NCBI GenBank assembly: GCA_964188305.1
Contig: OZ076894.1
Strand: one strand, 5' to 3'
DNA from: Podarcis bocagei
Lineage: Eukaryota
DNA: 64,000 bases
Below, piece by piece: positions 12,479 to 22,912 of this stretch. The position numbers were made by a program, and so were the translations under genes. Within the stretch, counting starts at the first letter, position 1, and every line of letters begins with the position of its first letter. The notes under the pieces are model-generated. The model did no database searches, had not been told where the DNA came from, and saw nothing but the letters and a program-made list of their open reading frames with translations.

Positions 12479-13403
12479 GGGGGGTGCAGCATCCGGAGGT
12501 GCTGGACACGAAATTAATTTTTCAGATTCCAAATTGCTCTTTAACATGGAACACCACCACAAGAGAATAATCATGGAAGCCATCGAGATAGAGAAACACC
12601 CTCACAACATGAACAAGCGTGACGATACGTCCCGCCTGCCAGACATCTGGAAAATAGCCCTCCCCACAAAAACCGACACCAGAACCAGAGGCACACAGAA
12701 CGCCATCTCCAATCATCCACACCAGACCCAAACCCAGACCCTCTCCACAGATAAATTACAGACACCATCCAGTAGCCAAACCATAGTGGCACCTCCGGAT
12801 GCTGCACCCCCCTGCAATCCCTACACAGATCTGGCTGGCACAGGGCACAAAACCACAGCTCGCCCCTATACACGAAGCCAAGCCAGAGCACAACTAAGTG
12901 CAGTACAGCCATCTTCTCAGAAAAAACTCTTCACAAGCTCAAGAGGTCAAGACACGAAAGCTTTAGCAACTAATCCACACCTAATGACCCTCCTAAGTGG
13001 TACTCAGAATATCACTCAAGAAATCACTCAAGATATCCCTCAAGTAATTAATGAACAAAAGAAGAAAAGACACACTAACCTGGGAACTTCCTCTCTGCCC
13101 AGAACGTTGGAGGCTATACACCACACCCCCTCAACAGTATTTATAGGAACTCAAACACTGAGATCCTGCTCTGTTCCAGTAACAAGAAGCCGAAAGCACC
13201 AGCCTGAAGATGACGAGTGAGACCTCGTCGAAACGTCGCCTAGACACCCCAACTCTTACACGGGAAGATACCCGAAGACACCAAAACCTGCATATATATA
13301 TAGACACCCCAACTCTTACACGGGAAGATACCCGAAGACACCAAAACCTGCATTCCTGTACCCGTGAAAATCTACGAAAGCAAATATATATATATATATA
13401 TAT
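12479..13403 (+). mobile_element. 5'-truncated Penelope-like retroelement (end of GIY-YIG endonuclease plus pseudo-LTR)
   Basis: GHEINFSDSKLL...KRIIMEAIEIEKH..NMNKRDD..L...W matches the PLE GIY-YIG C-terminus; hammerhead-like motif; tandem 3' duplication; ends in (AT)n. Confidence 0.85.
13201..13241 (+). ncRNA. Minimal type I hammerhead ribozyme-like motif of the Penelope element
   Basis: CUGAAGA-U-GACGAG(ugagac)CUCGUC-GAAA-C-GUC; perfect 6-bp stem II; weak stem I. Confidence 0.65.
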
Positions 13404-13954
13404 GAACCCTCCCTGATCTAAGCATTAGGGCCAAAAACACCTCATGCATCCAGTGGAGATTCACAATGATGCCAACAGCTTACAAGTGATTATTTCCCCA
13501 GCTGCAATTCCCCCAAGAGGAAAATCTGATCCTTGATGTGATACATGAAGATATATGCATGCTCAGAATATGAAAAGAATTAGCTGGCCTTGTCACTGCT
13601 GGTTCAAATTTAGAACCCTCAATGTTACTAAAAAGGTTTCTGAGAATAGCTGAAAGGTGCAAGATAGAGTAACTCTGTTGAAACTAAGCAAAGTCTAGAC
13701 AGTGCCTTAAGGGGATAGTACCTAGGAACCCCAGGTATGTTATTCTAGGTAAGTTGGGAAACAATAAAGCATACTCCCCCCTTCGTCATATCACATGGTG
13801 AGAGAGAAAGACCACAACTCCCATCATGATTTACCATTGGCCAAGTTGTCTGGAGTTGAGCCCTAAAACATCTGGAGGGCAACACATTCAATACTGTCTT
13901 TCTGACTAGCAGTGGCTGTCGAGGGTTTCAGATAGAGGCTTTTCTCAGTGCTAC

Positions 13955-14150
13955 CTAGTGAATGTGCTAGACTGTTGCCTTGCCTCGGTAATGGACTGGA
14001 TGAGAGCCAACAAACTGAAGCTTAATCCAGATAAAACTGAGACACTGTTAGTGGACAGTTCCCTGGACCAGATGGATAGTAGGTGGCCTGTTCTTGACGG
14101 GGCTTACACTGCCTATGAAGGAGCAGGATGTAGCTTGGAATACTTCTGGG
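13955..14150 (+). mobile_element. L2/CR1-clade LINE reverse transcriptase fragment
   Basis: Encodes CLASVMDWMRANKLKLNPDKTE, a typical L2 RT motif; degenerate. Confidence 0.8.
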
Positions 14151-15002
14151 TCCTTAGTGATGCGTTAGTACAAAGCAAACAAGTTCTAAAAGCCACAATG
14201 AAATTCAGATTTTATGCAGATGTTGGCACAGCAACAAAGTACCCACAATTTTTTGTGAATTGATACTGAGTACTGTTGCAATTTGAGAAGTTCAAAGTAT
14301 ACCAGATTTCAAATCACTGCAGAATTTCATTTCAATGCCAGCACAGATATAGCTAACACACATATTGCTGATTTATAAATATTAAATAATTTCCAAGGGG
14401 CCTTTAAAGTAGCTTTTATGTGAGGTTATTTGGTTTTCTAGAAAGAGAAGCAGGTAACTGCAGCTTGGCTGCTTCTTGGAGCATATTTAAAGCATTTGAG
14501 CTGCAAGTCAGCTTTAAATATTTAAGAACATTTATGAAGATGGATTCTTTTTCCTTTAGAAGAAAGGCTACATTGCTACAAGCAGAGGTAATTTCAGCTG
14601 CTCTTTCAGCTGAATATATATATATATATATGAGAACACAATATATGTTCAGCAAATTGAATCTTAATGCAAATCAGTTAATGATGAATACCAGCTTATA
14701 TAACATAACATAGTGAATACAAACCTGCGTATTTCACACATATGCACAACATATTTAAATACAGAGGTGAATCCCCATTTACGTGGGGATTAGATTCTGA
14801 ACCCCCTCGCAAGTCAATGAAATCACATACAATGGGGAATACCATGGAGAGTCCTAGTAGCTTACGAGGAGACCCACCCCAGAGCCCAAAGAGGATGTGT
14901 GGGGTAGCGCAGCAGCCATTTCCCTGTGCATCAGCTGAGCAAGCCCCGCTGCCCCTCCAGCTCGCACTGAGACCCTCCCCAGAGCCCAGAGGACATCCTC
15001 TT

Positions 15003-15168
15003 CAGTGGCGTAGCGTGGGGGTGCAGGGGGGGGGCCGGCCGCACCGGGCACAACATCAGGGGGGGGCGCTTGCACTCACAGCTCTCTGCCCCTACCTGGC
15101 TCACTCGGGTTAGGGGGCGCAAATTACTTGCCTTGCCCCGGGTGCTGACAACCCACGCTACGCCACTG
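15003..15168. mobile_element. hAT-type MITE with 8-bp TSD
   Basis: Perfect 17-bp TIR CAGTGGCGTAGCGTGGG; TSD atcctctt at 14995-15002 and 15169-15176. Confidence 0.92.
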
Positions 15169-16771
15169 ATCCTCTTCAGGCTCTGGTGAGGGTCTCCTTG
15201 TTAGCCAGAGGCTTGTGGAGGCTGCTCAGCTAATGCATGGAAAAGCTTCCCAGTGCATCAGCTGAGTAGCTCAATGAAGCTACCCCTCCAGCTCATGTGA
15301 CCAGCTCAGCTGATGTGCAGGGAAGAAGCTTTCCCCTGCGTCAGCTGTGCAAGCTCTGCTGCCCCTCAGCTCCTTTTATTATTTCCTACCAGTCTGCTTA
15401 TTTCTCATTCTCAAATGATCTTTTTTCTGTTCTACATTTTCCTATCTATCTTCTAAAAATGATACAACCTGCTTCTCAGTGCACTGAAAAATGAAAGGAA
15501 ATATGAAATTGACCTGAAATCGGTAAAATGTAATTTTTTATTTTTTTTGCTTCTATGTCCTATATTTCTCTTATCTTGTGTGTCTATCTTCTTGTCTTGG
15601 TAGCAATTATTTTGAGACAAGTTCTATTTATCACTTAATATCTATACATCACTTAGCACAGTAACCTTACTGTTCTGTTAGTTTTTAGCCACCACTAAAT
15701 TAAATGCCATTGAGGGAAACACGATTAATTAGCTAGATCTTAAACTTTACACTGTGACCACAATCCAAAGAGATTAGTAGTATGTGCACAAAATAGCACA
15801 CATGCGTCTATCCCCCTCCTTCAATTTCCTTTTCATCATATCCCCAAATTACCTTTACAACAACTACAAATTATTGCTAATTATGTATTTATTTACACAC
15901 ATCAGAATGTGTGCTTTGGCTCAGCATTCATAACTCATTTTCCATCTTTCTGGGCTACTTCATTTGTTAAACTGCATGAACATCTAGTGACAGAAGGGTA
16001 ACACACTATCTTCTTCCAGAAGAATATGTATGGAGTCCAGAATGTAAACACTTCTGGTGACTTTGCCAACATGTATATTTTCTGCTTAGAAAACATGTTC
16101 ATTATCTGCTTTCCTGTATGTTCACATCTTAAGATACAGGTGAGATTGCCATGTATGTCTTGCAAATGCAGTTTGAGAAATGATGCTTGCTCTTCTCAAA
16201 GTATTTTGAAACTTTACAAATATTAACCTATTGACATATTTTGTGTTGTCTGTCACTAATTAAGTTAAAATGCATTTATGATTTTCTTCAAAACGTATTC
16301 TCTTAAAAATAACAGAGTAATAGACAAATGCCTTGTCAATCTGGGCTTAAACCAATTTATGTTAGTATCAGTATATTAATTGTTAAAAGCTCTATATTGG
16401 CAATATGTGCTTTTGGGGGCTTTGCTCTGTTTGCTCTATGTTGTCCTGCAGGCAATATTTAGCACAGTTGCCATAGAGGAATGCTCGAATTTAGTCATTC
16501 ATCTTTGTTACTTTATAAATAGCAAATGTACATCTGGCATGTAGACTGCAGGTCATAAAACTGTTTGAGATTGACATCTTCTGAACTAATCAGCTGGAAA
16601 TGCATTTTTACAAGCCTCCCCACTCACATCAATCAGGAAAAGAATCTCATTTTCACCAGTCAAGATACAGGGACACACTGTTTGTTATTTTTCTATGAAG
16701 TTTATCAGCTACTTGCCCAAGCAAGTGACGGATGGTTATGAATCTGGCTCCTTCTAACTTGCAAAAACATT

Positions 16772-16778
<7 letters not shown>

Positions 16779-16802
<24 letters not shown>
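16779..16802. repeat. (TC)n microsatellite
   Basis: Direct reading. Confidence 0.9.
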
Positions 16803-16808
<6 letters not shown>

Positions 16809-18813
16809 ATACAGCTAGTGCATTTTACCAAGTATTCTATTGCCCCATGTGTAAAATAACAAAGGTGAAATCCCTTTACCAAATAATCAGTCTATTGTAG
16901 TTGGGACCAAAAACTGCACCTGTCTCTTATGGTTCAACAACAACAATCTTTGTTTGAATTAAGAAAGAAATTGAAAGAAAATCACAGAATGTTGAAGTCC
17001 ACTAAATTATCATTATAGTACTAGAAGATAGTCTTGCATTTAGAATATCTCAACCCATAGGGCTAAGTCCAACCTGTCAACAAAAATCTAAACTATGGGC
17101 TTTTATAAAAATTCTAATTATATCAGTTTGCTCCCATATAAACACATGGTTCATCTTGATTATTGTATGCACTTTTGATCTTCATATTTCAAACAGGATA
17201 TAACTAGAAACTGTGAAGAGAAAATGTACAAAATAATCAGAGGCTATACAAAACCTTTCAAGTACACAAAGGAAAATATTAAACATCTTCTGCTAAGGAA
17301 GGTGTAACTAAAGAATAACAACTGAAGCATATATAGAATCTTGAGATTTTAAAAATTAAGAAAGGTATCTATGTTCCTTTTTATATTTTGGAGGGAAGGC
17401 AATGACATCCAAAGGTAGCAGCTTTCACTAAGAAAACGTAATTTGTCCTATGTCATGCAGACTCCCTACTAGATGCTTGAATTTATATACAGGTGTGTGT
17501 GCAGACCTATTCAGACAATCATATATTGGTTTAGTAAGCTAAGATATGCATGCAGCTCCCCCCCCCATGCATGCAGCCTCTTTGTTCAAGTCACAAAGAA
17601 AAACTCAAAATTAACCAGGTACAAGGCAAGAAGCAACTTTAAACAATTAAACCTGGCTTGTTCTTCAGGTGGTAACCAGATTCCCAGTTTTGATAAAAAG
17701 GGAAACTATGGTTATTATAGTGTTCCTGCTTTAATTGTGGCCTGCATGAAAGAGGGAGCAATGGGGCAGCATGTGCAAAGCATAAGGCTTATGCAATTCT
17801 TGGTATAATCAACCAAATATGGCCAATCTCATGGTGGATTTGCAATACCAAGAAGCTGGAGGCACAAGAATGAACTAGGTTTCTAATAAATGACCAGAGG
17901 CTAGGAATGATGCTTGGGATATTTGTTTTTGAAAAAGGCAACTGAAGCATTTGCTCACTCGCTATATTGGGCTGGGTAGACCTAATCAGAAACCCAACAA
18001 AGCTGTTCAGTTTTTTATGTTGGCAGAAATAGACACTGAAGCTACAATCCAAACCCCCAGGCAGTAGAGGGCTTATCTGAGAAGGATAGCCACTTCCATA
18101 TCCATAGTCCCACCACTCACACTGCTCAGAGCAAAAATGGGGAGTCAGGTAAAAATGGATTATTTTGCCATGCCATCTCCGAGGCTGCTGAATCAAAGAA
18201 CCCAGATAAGGACCTGTTGCCACCACAAGTTATAAAACAACAAAAATCCAGAAAGAAAAAAAGTGAACCTCCAAACTAAACACATCCCATTAGTATTGCA
18301 AGGCTAGGATGGCAAATTTTTGGAAGACAAAAATGTGGCCCAGGGGTCAGCATCTTGGGATCCAATCTGTTGAATCAGATTCAGCACCCAGTGGTAGAAT
18401 GGGACTAGAGCACACATGGAGTACTTCACTCATCTCATGTGGTAAGTGACTGCACATGCGGAAAACTCTCCTGCCACTAAGAAGCACATCTATATACACT
18501 ATCAGGACAGATTAATCTAAAATAATATAGACCACAACTGGGCTGAAAACGAAAATTAGCAACCAAAAGGAAATAATTCAATTGAATGAGTGTAGAGGCG
18601 AAATACATCGCTGCAATTCTACATCACAATTCTACACCACATTATTAAGGAACTGAGCATTTCGAAGTTATTCTCGTAAAGGTTTACAGATATGTAGATA
18701 AGCATACAATCTGAAATTCAATCAGTGAAACCACAACAGAAAACTCAAAACCATGCAAAGCAGGTCAGTCAGTGAAATTAGCCATAGCAACAAATGTGAC
18801 CCTATAGCAAGTA

Positions 18814-19660
18814 CAGTGGTGCCTCGCAAGACGAAATTAATTCGTTCCGCAAGTCTCTTCGTCTTGCGAGTTTTTCGTCTTGCGATGCACGGTTTCCCAT
18901 AGGAATGCATTGAAAATCAATTAATGCATTCCTAGGGAAACCGCCTTCAGACCAGGTCCGGGGACAGTCTGTCCCCGGACCTCTTCTGAAGGCTGGGGGG
19001 GGGGGGAGACAAGGGCTTTTCTTCCCACCCCCAGCATTTTAAAAAACCCCGGGACAGCGGAGGACTTCTCCGCTGTCCAGGGCGATTTAAAAGCCCCTGG
19101 GAAGGCAGGCAGGGGGACAAAGACTTTTGCCCCCCGCCAGCCTTCAGAAGAGGTCCTGGACCTCTTCTGAAGGCGGGCGGGGGGCGAAAGTCTTTGCTCC
19201 CCCCCCGCCTGCCTTCAAAAGCCCTCCGGGACAGCGGAGAAACGCGCTGTGTTTCTCCGCTCTCCCGGGAAGGCAGACAGGGGGGAACAAAGACTTTCGC
19301 CCCCCGCCCGCCTTCAGAAGGTGTTCCCGCCCCGCCGCCCGGCTTCGGAGCATCGTTCCGAAGCCCAGCGGCGGGGGCAGGTGTTCCCGCCCCGCCGCCC
19401 GGCTTCGGAGCATCGTTCCGAAGCCCAGCGGCGGCGGGAGGAGGCGTTCCCGCCCCACCGCCCGGCTTCGGAGGAGGTCCGAGGACAGTGGGGAAGACGC
19501 GCTGCGCTTCCCCGCTGTCCCGGATATTTCCCTATGGGCTGTCGTCTTGCGAAGCAAGCCCATAGGGAAATTCGTCTTGCGAAGCGCCTCCAAAACGGAA
19601 AACCCTTTCGTCTAGCGGGTTTTCCGTCTTGCGAGGCGTTCGTCTTGCGAGGTACCACTG
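18814..19660. mobile_element. Non-autonomous Tc1/mariner-pogo DNA transposon with GC-rich internal tandem repeats
   Basis: 22-bp TIR CAGTGGT(G/A)CCTCGCAAGACGAA, TA both sides; internal 60-bp tandem unit about 19320-19440. Confidence 0.9.
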
Positions 19661-19839
19661 TAACTCAAAACACGGGCTGTGTTTCAATACAAGTCAAGTC
19701 ACACTGTACATGGCACTGTAAACTGAACTAAGCATCTAGAAAGCATTTCCCTTGCGTACATGAACAGCTTCTCTCATGCCCACCCACATAGGCTAGAAAT
19801 ACCATCCCATCTGGCTGCTACTACCTGCTACTCGAATCA

Positions 19840-19975
19840 GATGCTTTTGAAGGAAACTGATTTTCTAGATCCATTTCAGTTAAGGTTTAGGCCTGGTTTT
19901 GACACAGAAATGGCTTTGTTCGCCCTGTATGATGACCTCTGTCGGGAGAGAGACAGGGGAAATGTGTGCCTGTTA
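19840..19975 (+). mobile_element. L2 LINE RT fragment (5' part)
   Basis: ETDFLDPFQLRFRPGFDTEMAL..LYDDL resembles the non-LTR RT motif Q.GFR.G.STETAL. Confidence 0.8.
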
Positions 19976-20014
19976 ATGACCCCCAGCTTCAAAGTCCCCT
20001 CCCCTCCAGAATTA

Positions 20015-20240
20015 CAGTGGTACCTCGGGTTACATATGCTTCAGGTTACAGACTCCGCTAACTCAGAAATAGTACCTTGGGTTAAGAACTTTGCTTCAGG
20101 ATGAGAACAGAAATCGTGCTCCGGCAGCACGGTGGCAGCAGGAGGCCCCATTAGCTAAAGTGGTGCTTCAGGTTAAGAACAGTTTCAGGTTAAGAACGGA
20201 CCTCCGGAATGAATTAAGTACTTAAACCGAGGCACCACTG
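20015..20240. mobile_element. Tc1/mariner-pogo MITE, same family as 10409-10650
   Basis: TIR CAGTGGTACCTCGG / CCGAGGCACCACTG, TA both sides. Confidence 0.9.
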
Positions 20241-20242
20241 TA

Positions 20243-20621
20243 TTTTCAAGCAAACGGAGATTGTGCCTGCATGAAACCAACCTCTCTTCCATCCTTTACA
20301 TGTTTCTTCTGGTTCTGGGAGACAAGGGGGAAGGGCAGCTTGCCGCAGCAAGGAGACACCTATGACTCTTCACTAGTAGGACTCATCTCTGCCTCTTGGC
20401 CTCCTTCCTCCTCTGCTTCAGCTTCTGCCTCTGATTCTGGACTTCTCTCCACCACAGATGCTCCCAAGTCACTAAGCCCCGTTAACTCTTCAGCTTCCAA
20501 CACTTCCGCTTCTTCCTCTGACCACTCATTGTTTCCCCACCACCAATCCCCACCTTCTTCCCTTGTGGCTTCCCCAGCTGGTTCCTCCCATCATTCCTCT
20601 CTGTCCAACCACTCCATGACA
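20243..20621 (-). mobile_element. LTR-like fragment (probably Gypsy solo-LTR remnant)
   Basis: Minus strand begins TGTCATGGAGTGG...GGAACCAGCTGGGGAAG; related start at 54641 (+). Confidence 0.5.
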
Positions 20622-20624
20622 TAT

Positions 20625-21040
20625 AGCCTAACTTCTGTTGTTTATGCTCTGGTAACCTCTAGGCTAGATTAGTGGAATGCATTATACATAGGGCTGCATC
20701 TGAAGACGGTTTGGAAACCAACTGCATTAGTTACCAATTAGTTTCCGGGCTCAATTCAAAGTGCTGGTTTTGACCCATAAAGCCTCAAACGGCTCATGAC
20801 CGCAATACCTCAAGGACCACCTCTACCCATATGAACTGCCCCTGCCCCTGCAATAATAATCTGACACCCTTCTTTGTGTGCCTCCTCCATGAGAGGTTCG
20901 ATGGGTGGCAACAAGCCTTTTCTGTAGTGGATCTCCATGTGTGGAATGCTCTCCCCAGGGAGGCTTGCCTGGAGCCATCATTACATATATTTAGGTGCCA
21001 GGCAAAAATATTTCTCTTCAACCAGACCTTTGTCTGATTA
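20625..21040 (+). mobile_element. L2 LINE 3' fragment
   Basis: VVYALVTSRLD* and AFSVV...VWNALPRE motifs typical of the L2 ORF2 C-terminus. Confidence 0.8.
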
Positions 21041-21831
21041 ACATTCCATGGCCTTTTAAATGTGTTTGTGGGAGGGGGGGTAGCATAGAAATAAAAATAT
21101 GTATTTATGTATGATTGCAATGACAGAAGACAGAAAGGCAAAAGGTACTGTGAGGAACTGGAAATGGGAGGTACACAGAAGATGATTTTTTTAGAGTGGA
21201 AAATAGGGCTGGGGGAAAGAGGAGATAAAGTAGTAGGCATTGATGGAAGGCAGGGGAAGGTGTGGCAATGTTGCTGTAGTTGCTAAAAATTATTCTGGAA
21301 GGCCTTCAATAACGAGCTATAAGAACAACACAGGAATGAGTCAAAGCTGAGATCAGATAAGGAACAGTTGTGCTAGTAAGAAGCTTGGTGGGATTAGAAT
21401 GTTGCTGACAATGGATCTTTTAAAAATGTGAAGTTTTTACTAAATTATTTCTCAACATCTGTACCTCTTGAAAAACTTTCCCGAATGTGGATGTCACAAC
21501 TATTCACTTTGGGCATGTGTGCAGCTTTATTATAAAGCTCTCTGAATTACAGTATTATTTTTGCCCTTAGATAAAATACTACCACTTGGAACTTAATGCT
21601 CACTAATGGATTTCGATGTACACATTTTGCCTGCTGTAACCATCTCTTAAGGATTTGATAGCATACTAAATGAAGGCAATAAATGTTGTAGCACATTCCT
21701 GCATGTATCTCATCACAGGTAGTAAAAGCTCTGTATCATTCTCACAGCAGTCTTTTTTTCACCTGATTGGGAAGCCGATAATTTTACAATTTTTTTTTAG
21801 CAGTGCAGGAATTTCACTCTGCATCTCCTAC

Positions 21832-21978
21832 CTCCTTCATTGTCCTTGCTATCAGTACATAAAGTTTCCATGGCGACATCACATCCTGCTCCCCTCCATC
21901 CTGGCTGACAAACACAATGCCAGCCATTTTGGTCCAGAGTACATCTTCCATTGCTATTACACAAGCCAGGGCATCCCT
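21832..21978 (-). CDS. TENM3: Teneurin-3 exon, EGF8 (E)[12 protein letters not shown]...CTDSKDNEG(D)
   Basis: gacAG|AG GGA acceptor, GGA G|GTAGGA donor; 147 nt. Confidence 0.96.
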
Positions 21979-22594
21979 CTGTCAAAACAGACAAAAAAAA
22001 AAATGACACTGCATGTGATTTAGCTATTACAACAATTTAAAATCTAATCAAAATACGAACAGGGGACACTTACTGGGAACAGGCCTTCAGAACAGCACAA
22101 ATACTGTAATTGCACATGGAGAGTAGCAGCAACATTACCTGGGATTCTAATTCTTAACTAAGTGGCATCTTTGATTGGTCTGACACTTGAGACACCACTT
22201 ACCTGTGCAGGCAGGAAATATATCCAAGAAACCTCTAAATACCTGCAGGCCAGACAAAATTATGTTTTCATGTTCTTTATCAGAGTAGCAGGCAATATGA
22301 CCATAACATAGTACACAACACAGCCTCTAGGCAAAACGATAGGGGTTCTGCATTTATAGAGGAAATAATTATTTGATGTATATGCGTTGCTGGTTACTTG
22401 ATGGTATAGATTTCGTTAAGCTCCTCGTTATTTTAAATAAATCCTTGGAAATTTCAAAGTAGCTGTGCCACTCTGCTTTCAACAACGTTAATTTTATCTG
22501 GTCTCAAGAGTTGCCATGTGTTCATGTGAAATTACAGTGCATTAAATAATTGCACAAAGTATAGGTCAGTTTCAGTGACTATACTTTATGCTGA

Positions 22595-22854
22595 NNNNNN
22601 NNNNNNNNNNNNNNNNNNNNNNNNNNNNNNNNNNNNNNNNNNNNNNNNNNNNNNNNNNNNNNNNNNNNNNNNNNNNNNNNNNNNNNNNNNNNNNNNNNNN
22701 NNNNNNNNNNNNNNNNNNNNNNNNNNNNNNNNNNNNNNNNNNNNNNNNNNNNNNNNNNNNNNNNNNNNNNNNNNNNNNNNNNNNNNNNNNNNNNNNNNNN
22801 NNNNNNNNNNNNNNNNNNNNNNNNNNNNNNNNNNNNNNNNNNNNNNNNNNNNNN
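22595..22854. other. Assembly gap (260 N)
   Basis: Run of n. Confidence 1.
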
Positions 22855-22891
22855 TTTTGTGACAATCTCCCTAAGGCTTTTGTGCTGTTAC

Positions 22892-22912
22892 CTTTATATC
22901 CTATCTTGTCTG
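22892..22912 (-). CDS. TENM3: Teneurin-3 alternative microexon 2: ADKIGYK (21 nt) or DKIGYK (18 nt, 22892..22909)
   Basis: aaAG CAG|AC AAG ATA GGA TAT AAA G|GTAACA; NAGNAG acceptor; phase 1-1; I recall DKIGYK following AHYLDKIVK in mammalian TENM3 isoforms. Confidence 0.85.

Noticed and set aside
12435-13220. 261-aa ORF as a novel antisense gene
   Set aside because: Only about 55 aa are PLE endonuclease tail; the start is flanking intron and the rest is low-complexity read-through into the pseudo-LTR
13241-13353. CRISPR-like repeat-spacer pattern
   Set aside because: Only two copies with a 7-nt AT spacer, in a vertebrate retroelement
19127-19731. Five overlapping 114-162 aa ORFs
   Set aside because: Stop-poor GC-rich tandem repeats inside a TIR-bounded MITE; no transposase motifs
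20271-20672. Ser-rich 133-aa ORF
   Set aside because: Pyrimidine-rich antisense of an LTR-like fragment running into L2 sequence
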